Positions 28,351-37,893 of a stretch of DNA of 64,000 nucleotides are shown one piece after another. The stretch lies in assembly GCA_964469265.1 (NCBI GenBank), contig CAYXYF010000006.1, forward strand, positions 13,098-77,097, given 5' to 3'. Numbering within the stretch: position 1 is the stretch's first letter; every line of letters begins with the position of its first letter. The stretch comes from an uncultured Bdellovibrionales bacterium (GTDB lineage Bacteria > Bdellovibrionota > Bdellovibrionia > Bdellovibrionales > JAEYZS01). The translations under genes and the position numbers were made by a program. Below the pieces are notes generated by a model that saw nothing but the letters and a program-made list of their open reading frames with translations, had not been told where the DNA came from and made no database searches.

Positions 28351-29712
28351 CTAGGCTGCGCGTTTTGTAACAACAAGTTCACTCAAAGCGGTGAACGCGA
28401 TCTTATCCATCTCGTATATTTTAGATTTCATTTTTGTAATGGCATCAGATGGCAACATGGCGATGCCACCACTCGGAGGAATAACTGCATAGTTACAGTA
28501 TGTATCTGCCACAGCTACGATTTTAGTAAATGGGTGCAAGTTAGTTTGGCTCACCGCCCTCGGATATCCGTTAGACAAATAATTTTCGTGGTGTTCAAAG
28601 GCCACATACACCGCTTCAGGAGGCGCGTTTCTGATACTTTCTAATATTTCTTTTCCGCGCACAGTGTGGCTCTCAAAGTTTTTTCGTTCTTGCGCTGTCA
28701 ACTGATAGCGAGGCTTCGTTAATAATTCCTTGGGTAATTCTTTTTTACCGATGTCGTGAAATAAACCAGCAAACGCTAATTTAAAAAGCACCGTCGAACT
28801 TGTCCAACCCATTTTTCTCGCAATCAGAATAGATATAGCTGATACAGATAAGCTATGGGCATAAAGAAAATCAACGTGGTCGTGCAAATCGACTAAGATC
28901 GATGTGATTTCGTTGTCGTTAGTGATGATATCAAGGCTTGATTGCACAAATTCTTTTGCAAAGTAACAAGACTCTTGATCCAGATGTTCTGAAAATATTT
29001 GTTGAGACAGCAACTCACCAGTATAAGCAAGAAAGCGCGCCTTCTTTTTGGTATCGATAGCAGCGCACCCCGCTAAAGCCTTCGTGAGTTGCAACGAAAA
29101 CCCTACCAATCCAGGGAAGTCACTTTTATGAATATAAAGATGAGAAATACCTTTCGTTTTAAAAAGTTCAATTTTTTCGTCGGGGATCTTTCCACCTTTA
29201 TGAGCAATTTTAACGTATTTGTTTTCACGAAGTTTTAAGTACAGCGCACACATTGTTTCTTTTTGCGATACGAAATCTTCTACAGGGACTTTAAAAAATT
29301 CGAGTTCTTTTGCGTATTTTTTTGAAAGGTCCTCATCCAGCGGTGGGGGCTTAACCACAACCTGATCAATCTTAGTAATGAGATCTTCACGAGTAAACGG
29401 TTTTCTGAAGTAAGCAGCTGCGCCCAACGTATATGTTTTTTCCTCTTCTCCGTCCGTTACGAATCCTGTCATCAATATAACTGGGCAGGTCTTTCCGCTT
29501 TGAGTGACCCACTCTAATAATTCGATCCCGCTAAAAAATGGCATCTGGACGTCTGAAAGAATAAGGTCGACATCCTCTATAGATAAAATCGACTTTGCCA
29601 CACGTCCGTCTTCTGCGACCAACACACTGAACTCGCCTTCTAGACTTCTCACCAAGGCATCACAGAAGGTCTTATCATTTTCTACTATCAATATCTTTCG
29701 TTTTAATCTCAT
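28351..29712 (-). CDS. Response regulator with an HD-GYP domain (putative c-di-GMP phosphodiesterase)
   Basis: 453 aa. REC domain (ILIVENDK...DLILSDVQMP...), an unassigned middle region of roughly 150 aa, and a C-terminal HD-GYP domain (LFHDIGK ... HHENYLSNGYPR). Confidence 0.85.
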   Translation of the reverse strand: MRLKRKILIVENDKTFCDALVRSLEGEFSVLVAEDGRVAKSILSIEDVDLILSDVQMPFFSGIELLEWVTQSGKTCPVILMTGFVTDGEEEKTYTLGAAAYFRKPFTREDLITKIDQVVVKPPPLDEDLSKKYAKELEFFKVPVEDFVSQKETMCALYLKLRENKYVKIAHKGGKIPDEKIELFKTKGISHLYIHKSDFPGLVGFSLQLTKALAGCAAIDTKKKARFLAYTGELLSQQIFSEHLDQESCYFAKEFVQSSLDIITNDNEITSILVDLHDHVDFLYAHSLSVSAISILIARKMGWTSSTVLFKLAFAGLFHDIGKKELPKELLTKPRYQLTAQERKNFESHTVRGKEILESIRNAPPEAVYVAFEHHENYLSNGYPRAVSQTNLHPFTKIVAVADTYCNYAVIPPSGGIAMLPSDAITKMKSKIYEMDKIAFTALSELVVTKRAA

Positions 29713-29932
29713 GTCTTCTCCGTTACTCAGATATCGTACGATTATTTTTAATACTTAAGATAATTTGATAAATAATCTCTGTTTCAGAGTTCACGGAGTT
29801 TGACAAGACGGAGACGGATTTACCCTCAAGAAGATTGAGCTAAGCTAACTTACTATTTTTACTGAAATTGCAGACGCTCCGTTGTGGGGCAAAGGATTAT
29901 TTAATGATTTATTAACTTTTGTTAAGCGTGGG

Positions 29933-30418
29933 CTAGAGGAGTTTTTCGATATCTTTCCCTAAACTCTCAGGTTTGTCCTGAGGTGCGAAGCGGTCAACGA
30001 CCTTTCCATCTCTATCAACCAGAAATTTTGTGAAATTCCATTTTATTGCCTCGGTACCAAGGGCACCTTTTTTCTCTTTTTTCAAAAATTTGTAAAGGGG
30101 GTGCGCATTGTCTCCATTGACCTCGATTTTTTCAAACATGGGGAAAGTCACGTTGAATTTGCTACTGCAACTTTTTATCTCATCTGCATTTCCAGGCTCT
30201 TGATTGCCGAACTGATTACATGGAAAACCTAGCACTTCGAAATCTTGGTTTTTATACTTCTGGTACAATGCCTCCAGGCCCTCGTACTGTGGTGTAAAAC
30301 CGCACTCGCTGGCGACATTTACGATAAGCAAAACCTTTCCTTGAAATTTTTCCAGATCAACATCGTTACCATCGAGTGATTTTGCGTGAAACGAATACAC
30401 GGAGTGAGGTGCTGACAT
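29933..30418 (-). CDS. Glutathione peroxidase (Cys type)
   Basis: 161 aa with NVASECGFTPQY and WNFTKFLV signatures. The catalytic residue is an ordinary Cys codon. Confidence 0.9.
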   Translation of the reverse strand: MSAPHSVYSFHAKSLDGNDVDLEKFQGKVLLIVNVASECGFTPQYEGLEALYQKYKNQDFEVLGFPCNQFGNQEPGNADEIKSCSSKFNVTFPMFEKIEVNGDNAHPLYKFLKKEKKGALGTEAIKWNFTKFLVDRDGKVVDRFAPQDKPESLGKDIEKLL

Positions 30419-30537
30419 TGGATTCCTCCTTTAAATATGTAATTCTCTTCTGGCGTTTTGACACCACAAAAAGTTGGCATGGCTTGCAATAGTCAATGGC
30501 TCATGCAGAATGTTTGCAGAATTTTAAAGGAGAATAC

Positions 30538-31077
30538 ATGAAAAAAGTATTGTTATCAATTTGTGTGGCATTAACTGCTACATTGGGATTCTCTGGCGTC
30601 AGCGATGCTAAAGATCATCCCTCGCGCAAAAGGCCGCCATCTTATGGAAAGCGCCCGCCAAGCCATAGACCACCAGAAGCGAGACCTCGCCCACCGCAGC
30701 ATAGACCACCAACAGTGCGACCTCGTCCACCAAGACCGCCTGCGGTAAGACCACGTCCGCCAGTTCATAGACCACCCGTTTATCGACCGCCTGTCCATAG
30801 ACCACCGGTTTACAGACCGCCCGTGTACCGTCCACCAGTTGTTGTCGTACCTCCACCTGTGTACCAACCTCCTTACAGAGTTCAGTACATCACGTGTGGA
30901 AGTTATAACTACCACCCAAATTCTTGCTATACGGGAATGAGAGTCGTACAGAGAGTAAACATTGTGAGAAATCTCTCACACGCTCCGTGTATTCTCGGAC
31001 AAAGTTTTGGGATTCAGAATGGTTCTATCTACGTGAGCCAAGGATGTAGCGCCGAATTCAGAGTTGAAGGGTACTAA
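30538..31077 (+). CDS. Secreted proline-rich protein with a 4-Cys C-terminal domain (DUF3011-like)
   Basis: The ATG at 30538 has GGAG 5 nt upstream. Signal peptide MKKVLLSICVALTATLGFSGVSDA. Then (R/H/Y)RPP(V) repeats, followed by ITCGSYNYHPNSC...SHAPC...VSQGCSAEFRVEGY. Confidence 0.6.
   Translation: MKKVLLSICVALTATLGFSGVSDAKDHPSRKRPPSYGKRPPSHRPPEARPRPPQHRPPTVRPRPPRPPAVRPRPPVHRPPVYRPPVHRPPVYRPPVYRPPVVVVPPPVYQPPYRVQYITCGSYNYHPNSCYTGMRVVQRVNIVRNLSHAPCILGQSFGIQNGSIYVSQGCSAEFRVEGY
30619..30873 (+). repeat. Coding low-complexity tandem repeats (about 15-nt / 5-aa RPPxx units)
   Basis: ...RPRPPVHRPPVYRPPVHRPPVYRPPVYRPPVVVVPPPVYQPP. The DNA shows reiterated cat/tac-aga-cca-cc(n)-gt units. Confidence 0.75.
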
Positions 31078-31120
31078 TTTAATATCCTCCATTTAAGGCT
31101 TGTGTTATTCTCGTTCTGGT

Positions 31121-32392
31121 ATGAGTAAACAAGAAGAGATAACACAAGTCGCCGTCATCGGAGCTGGTTTTGCTGGTATTCAAGCTACCAAGGTGCTCGC
31201 AAAGAAAAAAAATATTCAAGTTACACTCATTGACCGCAGAAATTATCATTTGTTTCAGCCCCTTCTCTATCAAGTTGCAACAGCGGGACTCTCACCAGCT
31301 GACATTGCTGTTCCCATTCGATCGATTTTCTCTACATATCCTAATGTCACTTGTTATTTGGCTAATATTGATCGTGTAGATAAAGAAACCAACACCATCT
31401 ACAGCAATGATGTCAGCTTAAAGTTTGACTACATAATAATGGCTTGCGGAGCAAAACACAGTTACTTCGGAAATAACCAATGGGAAGAGTTCGCCCCTGG
31501 CCTTAAAACTCTTGAACAAGCCACAGAAATTCGACGAAGAATTTTACTTGCATTTGAGGAAGCTGAAAAAACAACTGACCTCAACGAACAAAAAGAACTT
31601 CTCACTTTTATCATTGTTGGGGGTGGCCCGACTGGAGTTGAACTCGCTGGAGCCATTGCAGAAATCAGTCGATATACCCTTGAAGAAGATTTTCGAAATA
31701 TTGATCCCGCACGAACAAGGGTTATCTTAATAGAAGCTGGCAACCGTGTGCTCGCTGGGTTCTCTGAGAAACTTTCAAAAAAGGCAGCTCGGAGTCTCGA
31801 GGAGCTTGGCGTTCAAGTCTGGACATCTTCAAGAGTCACCGACGTCCGAGACAACTCCATTAGTTTAGGTACTGAAACAATTCATGCAAAGACCATTTTG
31901 TGGGCCGCTGGTGTAGAGCCCTCGAGTTTAGGAAAAGCCTTGTCTGCCGATCTCGATAAACAAGGGCGAGTTATTGTTCAAAATGATTTAACTATTAAAG
32001 GTTATCCGTCGATCTTTGTTTTAGGAGATCAAGCTCACTTTACTGCAGAAAATGGAAAACCATTGCCTGGGCTTGCGCCAGTTGCCATCCAACAAGGCCG
32101 CCATGCTGCAAAAAATATTATCAGAAAATTAAATGGGCAAGACCATCTTCCGTTTGTTTATAAAGACAAAGGTATCATGGCAACTATTGGTCGTAAAAAA
32201 GCCGTAACCCAAACTGAAAACCTTCAGTTCAGCGGATTTTGGGCGTGGGTTTCTTGGCTTTTTATTCATATTTATTATCTTATTGGATTTAAAAATCGTT
32301 TTATTGTTTTCTTTCAATGGGCTTGGTCGTATGTAACATTCAAACGGGGCGCCCGACTCATCGTAAATAAAGAGTGGAGATCCACAAAATGA
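31121..32392 (+). CDS. ndh: Type II NADH dehydrogenase (NDH-2)
   Basis: Starts MSKQEEITQVAVIGAGFAGI. Second dinucleotide fold IVGGGPTGVELAG. Contains NYHLFQPLLYQVATAGL. Confidence 0.85.
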   Translation: MSKQEEITQVAVIGAGFAGIQATKVLAKKKNIQVTLIDRRNYHLFQPLLYQVATAGLSPADIAVPIRSIFSTYPNVTCYLANIDRVDKETNTIYSNDVSLKFDYIIMACGAKHSYFGNNQWEEFAPGLKTLEQATEIRRRILLAFEEAEKTTDLNEQKELLTFIIVGGGPTGVELAGAIAEISRYTLEEDFRNIDPARTRVILIEAGNRVLAGFSEKLSKKAARSLEELGVQVWTSSRVTDVRDNSISLGTETIHAKTILWAAGVEPSSLGKALSADLDKQGRVIVQNDLTIKGYPSIFVLGDQAHFTAENGKPLPGLAPVAIQQGRHAAKNIIRKLNGQDHLPFVYKDKGIMATIGRKKAVTQTENLQFSGFWAWVSWLFIHIYYLIGFKNRFIVFFQWAWSYVTFKRGARLIVNKEWRSTK

Positions 32393-33471
32393 ATTTCGCT
32401 TGGTCGCAAGTATTTAAGGGCCTTATTATCATTGCCCTTGCCCTATCCATATTAATCTTACTTACTCCATTTATTTTGCCCCTCATACTGGGTGGGATTT
32501 TATGCGTTGTCATTTTCCCGATGTTTAAGAAGTTGCAGTCCTATAAGTGGGGCCCTACTCTTGCTGCCCTGACCTCGTTACTCGTTTTTTCTTTGTTATT
32601 TGTGGTTCCAACATCCGTCGTTGTTGTTAAAGGTGCACGGATGACTTCAGACTTTGTTCAGAGAACCTTGGAATCAAAAAAAGATCCTTCTACTGCTATC
32701 GCAGAGCAGAGTCCTCAGAATATTGCAAACGTCCAAGGTTTTGCTGAAGGAATTGCTGGTCGGTTAGGAATTGATATCCCCGATCCCTCTGCACTATTTA
32801 ATAAGGTCTATAACACTATCGGTGCATTTATATTAAATGCTCTGACTGATTTTTTTACTAATCTGCCAAATTTCGTAGTGGCGTTTTTTATTGCATTGTT
32901 AACAATGTACTTTGGACTCATTGAGCATCAAAAAGTTTATCACGTTATTAAAAAATACTCGTTCCTATCTCCAAAAAACTCGGAAAGATTAGTTGAAAAC
33001 ATTGTTCTGGCCTGCCGCTCTGTGATTATTTCTAACGTTGTCACCGGGACCATCCAGGCTCTCATCGTAGCCACTGGAGCTCACTTTACTAAAACGGGAA
33101 ACTTCGTAGTGGCCGGGTTTATTACATTTGTATTTTCATTTATTCCCGTCTTGGGTGCAGCGCCAGTTGCCTACGCTCTTGGAGCTTATGCACTGATCAC
33201 AGGAAGCACGACCCCAGGTATCATTATGATGGTGGTGGGTACAGTTGCTGGCGTAGTTGATAACATTATTCGTCCGCTCTTGTTAAGTGGTTCAGGAACA
33301 GGAGACGTTCACCCTCTATGGAGTTTACTTGCCATTTTGGGCGGAATCATACTCTGGGGACTTCCTGGATTATTTGTTGGGCCACTTATTATCGCCGTGG
33401 CCTCAAGCAGTCTGCCCATTTACATTCAAGACTATGCAGAAACTGCAAGAACCTTAAAGAAAAAGCATTAG
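32389..33471 (+). CDS. AI-2E family transporter (PerM/UPF0118)
   Basis: Polytopic membrane protein of about 360 aa. The ATG at 32389 overlaps the ndh stop (ATGA). Confidence 0.7.
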   Translation: MNFAWSQVFKGLIIIALALSILILLTPFILPLILGGILCVVIFPMFKKLQSYKWGPTLAALTSLLVFSLLFVVPTSVVVVKGARMTSDFVQRTLESKKDPSTAIAEQSPQNIANVQGFAEGIAGRLGIDIPDPSALFNKVYNTIGAFILNALTDFFTNLPNFVVAFFIALLTMYFGLIEHQKVYHVIKKYSFLSPKNSERLVENIVLACRSVIISNVVTGTIQALIVATGAHFTKTGNFVVAGFITFVFSFIPVLGAAPVAYALGAYALITGSTTPGIIMMVVGTVAGVVDNIIRPLLLSGSGTGDVHPLWSLLAILGGIILWGLPGLFVGPLIIAVASSSLPIYIQDYAETARTLKKKH

Positions 33472-33476
33472 TACGC

Positions 33477-33959
33477 TTAATCTCTTAAGTAGTGGCAGTT
33501 GTATCCACCTGGATTTTTTTGAAGATAATCTTGATGATAAGCTTCAGCAGAATACCATTTCGTAAAAGGAACAATTTGCGTTACGACGTCCTTCTTCCAC
33601 TTCCCTGAGGCATTCACCTGCTCTTTAACCTTCTTTGCAATCTCGGCTTGTTGATCGCTTGTAAAGAAAACTGCTGATCTATATTGGGTTCCGATATCAT
33701 TTTGCTGCCGATTAAATTGAGTGGGATCGTGCAAACGAAAAAAATAATCTAAAATACTCTCAAAACGAACTACTGTAGGATCAAAGGTAATTTTAATGGC
33801 TTCCGCATGACCTGTGGTACCAGTCTTAACAGTTTCATAGGTCGGAGACTCTGTTGTCCCACCAGTGTATCCAACTTCCGTATCAATAACTCCATCAATC
33901 CCTCGAAAAATCTCTTCAACACCCCAAAAACATCCCCCCGCTAAAATTGCGGTTTCCAT
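33477..33959 (-). CDS. msrA: Peptide methionine (S)-sulfoxide reductase
   Basis: 160 aa with the GGCFWGVEE active-site motif. Confidence 0.9.
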   Translation of the reverse strand: METAILAGGCFWGVEEIFRGIDGVIDTEVGYTGGTTESPTYETVKTGTTGHAEAIKITFDPTVVRFESILDYFFRLHDPTQFNRQQNDIGTQYRSAVFFTSDQQAEIAKKVKEQVNASGKWKKDVVTQIVPFTKWYSAEAYHQDYLQKNPGGYNCHYLRD

Positions 33960-33962
33960 GAC

Positions 33963-34463
33963 TTACTCCTGTGTTTCTTTTTGGTTTTCAACTTTCTTAA
34001 TAACTTCTTCATCCAGCCTGTAGACGGTCCATCCGTCCATTGGAACTGCCCCCAACGACTTGTAAAAGTCAATGGCAGGTTGATTCCAATTTAACACAGA
34101 CCACTCAACACGTCCGCAGTTTCGTTCTTTTGCAAGTCTCACAACATGAAGTAATAAAGCCTTTCCAAATCCCTTGCCACGGTAATGAGGTTTTATAAAT
34201 AAGTCTTCTAAATAAAGCCCTTTTTTGCCCAAAAACGTCGAAAAATTGTGAAAGAACAATGCATATCCCACGGGTGTATCTTCGTATTCTGCAATGAGCA
34301 CTTCTGCTGCTGGCTTTTCACAAAAAAGACTTTGCCTCATTAGCTCTTCTGTTGCGATTAACTCATGCTCAAGTTTTTCATAAACCGCAAGTTCTCGAAT
34401 AAGGGAGAGAATTATAGGAATATCGTTTTCAGTTGCTATTCGAATGCCGAAATTCTTTGCCAT
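33963..34463 (-). CDS. GNAT N-acetyltransferase (diamine/SSAT-like)
   Basis: 166 aa with acetyl-CoA motif HYRGKGFGKALL. Confidence 0.8.
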   Translation of the reverse strand: MAKNFGIRIATENDIPIILSLIRELAVYEKLEHELIATEELMRQSLFCEKPAAEVLIAEYEDTPVGYALFFHNFSTFLGKKGLYLEDLFIKPHYRGKGFGKALLLHVVRLAKERNCGRVEWSVLNWNQPAIDFYKSLGAVPMDGWTVYRLDEEVIKKVENQKETQE

Positions 34464-34544
34464 AAGGATTGTTTTTATTTCAAAAAAATATTACTTTCAA
34501 TGTTAAATTAGTCACTTCTAGCTTTAGATAAGGTATTGCAATTC

Positions 34545-35126
34545 ATGAGCGTAATTTTGCCAGCGTTTAATCACTTCTACTTTGTACGTCATGGACGTAC
34601 AGACGCCAACGTCCGCCAGATCATGGCAGGTGGCCACAACGATATTCCTTTAAACGAAGAAGGAAAGTTTCAAGCTCAGAGAGCTGCGAAGATAATTCAA
34701 GAACATTGTGAAGACATTCAAACCATTTGTGTCAGTACCATGCTTCGCGCGCGGCAAACCGCAGAGTATATCAACAAAGATTTTAAGAAAAACATCGTCG
34801 AGATTCCAGAGCTTATTGAGTGGTGCTTCGGAGATTGGGAAGGAAAAACTTGGGACGAAGTCTCGCACCTCTTTTTAGGAGATCACGACCCTCAGGGTGG
34901 TGAATCTCGCCTTGAGTTTCGGTCAAGAGTTGCAACTGGTCTTCAAAAATCTCTTACACATCCTCGCAGCGTTCTTGTCGTCGCCCACGGTGCTGTTTGG
35001 TTTAAGATTCTAAAACTACTTAATATGAACCTCGCTAAAACGGACAACTGCCAGGTTTTTAAAATTTGCACGCGCCCTAGCGAAACCAAAGTCGAATACG
35101 AATATTTTGAAATTACTGCCAAATAG
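34545..35126 (+). CDS. Histidine phosphatase family protein (phosphoglycerate mutase-like)
   Basis: FYFVRHGRTDANV (RHG motif) and VVAHGAV. ATG at 34545, whereas the track uses an upstream TTG. Confidence 0.75.
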   Translation: MSVILPAFNHFYFVRHGRTDANVRQIMAGGHNDIPLNEEGKFQAQRAAKIIQEHCEDIQTICVSTMLRARQTAEYINKDFKKNIVEIPELIEWCFGDWEGKTWDEVSHLFLGDHDPQGGESRLEFRSRVATGLQKSLTHPRSVLVVAHGAVWFKILKLLNMNLAKTDNCQVFKICTRPSETKVEYEYFEITAK

Positions 35127-35132
35127 GAACCT

Positions 35133-36044
35133 ATGAAGACCTACCAACCGATTCACAAAATCCCAAACTTCTTTGATGAGGCTCGTGAAATGCGGGCAGA
35201 GTTTGAAAGCCGATTTTTAGAGCCAAAGAAAACTACACCCGAAAGATTTGTTTGGGATTACTGGCATATTGAAAACCAATACACATTAATACGCGCTGAG
35301 GCTGAAAATATTTTTTCAAGAGCGCTCTTTCAAAACTTCACCCATTCTCTTATAGAGTTTGGACAGCGTTATCTTGGATGTGATGGCATCACTCCTCCGT
35401 GGATTAGCTATTATGTTGATGGGTGCAAACAAGAACTTCATGCTGACGTACCTCATGGTCCGTGGGCTTACGTTTACTCCATCACTCCCTGGAACAGGCG
35501 TCAGTTTTCTGGAGGAGAAACAATATTATTAAAACCCTCGACACTAGATTATTGGCGACATTTTGAAGATATGACTGGAATTGAATCAAAGGAGCTCACA
35601 ACAAAAGTACCTGCAAACTTCAATCAACTCCTGATATTTGATCCAAGGATTCCGCATGGAGTAACCCCAGTGAACGGCGTCCAAGATCCTCTTAAGGCCC
35701 GCGTTGTTATCCATGGTTGGTTTACAAACCCCAGACCGATTATCAACGGCGGCCTTGCAGGAAAAAAGACAATGACGTTTTTAAATCAGGTCATTATGGA
35801 TCTTGAGCCTATTTTTGACAAATTTCCTCAGATCACAGGGACACTTGCAATGAGGCTTGATATTCATCCCAAAGGAAATGTTGAGCGTCTTTACTTTCTC
35901 ACAAACACGTTGATCTCTCTTGATCGCAGTAAGGCAACCGTTAAGCTTTTAAATGAGCTTGAAAAAGCGCTTAAGGCCGTGACGTTTCCAAAAAGCAAAC
36001 GTCCAACGGAAATTACCCTTCCCTTTTTATTCCAATCACGCTAG
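35133..36044 (+). CDS. Putative 2OG-Fe(II) oxygenase superfamily protein
   Basis: 303 aa with an HxD...H...R arrangement (ELHADVPHG ... RIPHGVTPV ... KARVVIHGWF). Confidence 0.5.
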   Translation: MKTYQPIHKIPNFFDEAREMRAEFESRFLEPKKTTPERFVWDYWHIENQYTLIRAEAENIFSRALFQNFTHSLIEFGQRYLGCDGITPPWISYYVDGCKQELHADVPHGPWAYVYSITPWNRRQFSGGETILLKPSTLDYWRHFEDMTGIESKELTTKVPANFNQLLIFDPRIPHGVTPVNGVQDPLKARVVIHGWFTNPRPIINGGLAGKKTMTFLNQVIMDLEPIFDKFPQITGTLAMRLDIHPKGNVERLYFLTNTLISLDRSKATVKLLNELEKALKAVTFPKSKRPTEITLPFLFQSR

Positions 36045-36053
36045 CTTAAACCC

Positions 36054-37022
36054 ATGAATGTCTTAGTTACGGGCGGGGCTGGATATATCGGCTCACACAC
36101 TTGCAAAGAGCTAAAGAAAAATGGATTTAATCCAATTACGTACGATAATCTTAGTCGTGGGCACAAAGAATTTGTCAAATTCGGTCCCCTTGTCGTTGGA
36201 GACATCTTAGATTCAAAAAAAATTGAAGACGCTATCAGGGAATACAATATCCAAGCTGTCTTGCATTTCGCTGCATACGCCTATGTTGGAGAATCCGTAG
36301 AGAAGCCAGAGCTTTATTATAAAAATAACGTCCAAGGTACAATGTCTTTGCTGGATGCTATGTTAAAAACAAATATCAAGAAATTTGTGTTCTCATCAAC
36401 CTGCGCAACCTACGGTGTACCAGAAAAAGTTCCTATCTCTGAAGATTTTGAACAAAACCCAATTAACCCCTACGGGCAAACCAAACTTATTATTGAACGC
36501 ATTCTGAAAGATTACGGCCATGCTTATGGTTTAAAATCCGTTTGCTTACGATACTTCAATGCTGCGGGCGCAGATGCCGATGGTGAAATCGGAGAAATGC
36601 ATGAGCCAGAAACCCATCTCATCCCGCTAACTATTCAGTCTGCTTTGACGGGCTCTGTGCTAAAGGTTTTTGGTAATGATTATCCAACTCCAGATGGAAC
36701 CTGTTTAAGAGATTATATCCATGTGACGGACCTAGCAGATGCCCACGTCAAAGCACTTCAGTATTTAAATGATAGCAAAGATAACTTTAACTTCTTTAAT
36801 CTCGGCAATGAAAAAGCCTACTCCGTTAAAGAAATTCTAAAAGCGGTAGAAGATGTCACAGGCAAAAAAGTTAACGCCGAAGTCTTCTCACGGCGCCCAG
36901 GAGATCCCGCAGCACTTGTTGCAAACGCTACAAAAGCTAAAACGATTTTAAAGTGGACTCCGCAACTTCCCGACATTGAGTCCATCGTGAGTTCTGCTTT
37001 TAAGTGGCACACGAGGAACTAA
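36054..37022 (+). CDS. galE: UDP-glucose 4-epimerase
   Basis: 322 aa with VLVTGGAGYIGSH and catalytic PYGQTK (YxxxK). Confidence 0.85.
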   Translation: MNVLVTGGAGYIGSHTCKELKKNGFNPITYDNLSRGHKEFVKFGPLVVGDILDSKKIEDAIREYNIQAVLHFAAYAYVGESVEKPELYYKNNVQGTMSLLDAMLKTNIKKFVFSSTCATYGVPEKVPISEDFEQNPINPYGQTKLIIERILKDYGHAYGLKSVCLRYFNAAGADADGEIGEMHEPETHLIPLTIQSALTGSVLKVFGNDYPTPDGTCLRDYIHVTDLADAHVKALQYLNDSKDNFNFFNLGNEKAYSVKEILKAVEDVTGKKVNAEVFSRRPGDPAALVANATKAKTILKWTPQLPDIESIVSSAFKWHTRN

Positions 37023-37023
37023 G

Positions 37024-37890
37024 ATGACAAATATAGTTTACCAAGCCTACGGGAAAAAAGAATATTTGTATCAACCGATATTTTCAATCTTAAGCCTGAT
37101 CGAAAAATCAAAAGCTTCTGACTACCGAATCATAATTTACACCGACCAAGTTGATTTTTTAAAAAGGTTTTTTGGCTCTTTTAGTTTTGTCCATTATGAG
37201 CCTCTTACGGACGAAAAGAAAACCTTATGGCGCGGAGCTATTAATTTTGCACACCGAATGAAGATCGAGGTCTTAAAAGACTGTTCGAATAAGTACGACG
37301 GCCATATTCTGTACTTTGATGGAGACACCTACTTTAACGACGACGTAAAATTCATTCTCGAACGCATAACAGAAGATCAAAGCGTTATGCATATTGCAGA
37401 AGAAGGCATTAAAAATACAAAAGACTACCTTTCAAAAAAAATCTATAAGTTTTTGCGCCAGAACAAAGTCCTTGTTCATGGACAGGAAGTCAAAGTCGAC
37501 GATGATTACATGATGTGGAATGCGGGTACCATCGGCCTTCACCGCAGGCACCATCACTTATTTCAAAATATTATAGATTATACGGATGCTTTATTTACTC
37601 TTTATCAGAAGCACCTTATGGAACAGCACGCAGTCTCATACTATTTGCAAAACACAACCCGCGTAGTTGCTTGTAACGATATATTGGAACATTACTGGAA
37701 CCAGAAAGACTCCTTTGAAGAAGCGTTAAATCCTTTTTTCATGAAGAATGATAACTACGAACGCTATAAAGCAAACCGCAAAGAACTCATTCTTCCTGAG
37801 CGTTACTACGGAAAACCCCGATACACATTCAAACAAAAACTTAAGCGCAAAATCAACGTGGTAAAACACCGATTGGGGTTAGAGCAATAG
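37024..37890 (+). CDS. Hypothetical protein, possible nucleotide-sugar glycosyltransferase (GT8-like DxD)
   Basis: 288 aa with ILYFDGDTYF (DxD-like) and MWNAGTIGL. Starts 2 nt after the galE stop. Confidence 0.35.
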   Translation: MTNIVYQAYGKKEYLYQPIFSILSLIEKSKASDYRIIIYTDQVDFLKRFFGSFSFVHYEPLTDEKKTLWRGAINFAHRMKIEVLKDCSNKYDGHILYFDGDTYFNDDVKFILERITEDQSVMHIAEEGIKNTKDYLSKKIYKFLRQNKVLVHGQEVKVDDDYMMWNAGTIGLHRRHHHLFQNIIDYTDALFTLYQKHLMEQHAVSYYLQNTTRVVACNDILEHYWNQKDSFEEALNPFFMKNDNYERYKANRKELILPERYYGKPRYTFKQKLKRKINVVKHRLGLEQ

Positions 37891-37893
37891 AGA

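Noticed and set aside
29933-30418. Possible selenocysteine (UGA recoding) in glutathione peroxidase.
   Set aside because: The active-site residue in NVASECGFT is an ordinary Cys codon in an uninterrupted ORF. No in-frame TGA or SECIS-like hairpin is needed.
30474-30488. Sigma-54-like TTGGCATGGCTTGCA upstream of the proline-rich protein.
   Set aside because: The GG-to-GC distance is 10 nt instead of the fixed 12 nt of the TGGCAC-N5-TTGC consensus. No enhancer-binding protein gene is nearby.
30571-30915. W/R-rich ORFs (114 and 82 aa) antisense to the proline-rich gene.
   Set aside because: They are an artefact of the CCN-rich sense strand (GGN/NGG antisense codons lack stops). The sense ORF has a signal peptide, an SD and a folded C-terminal domain.
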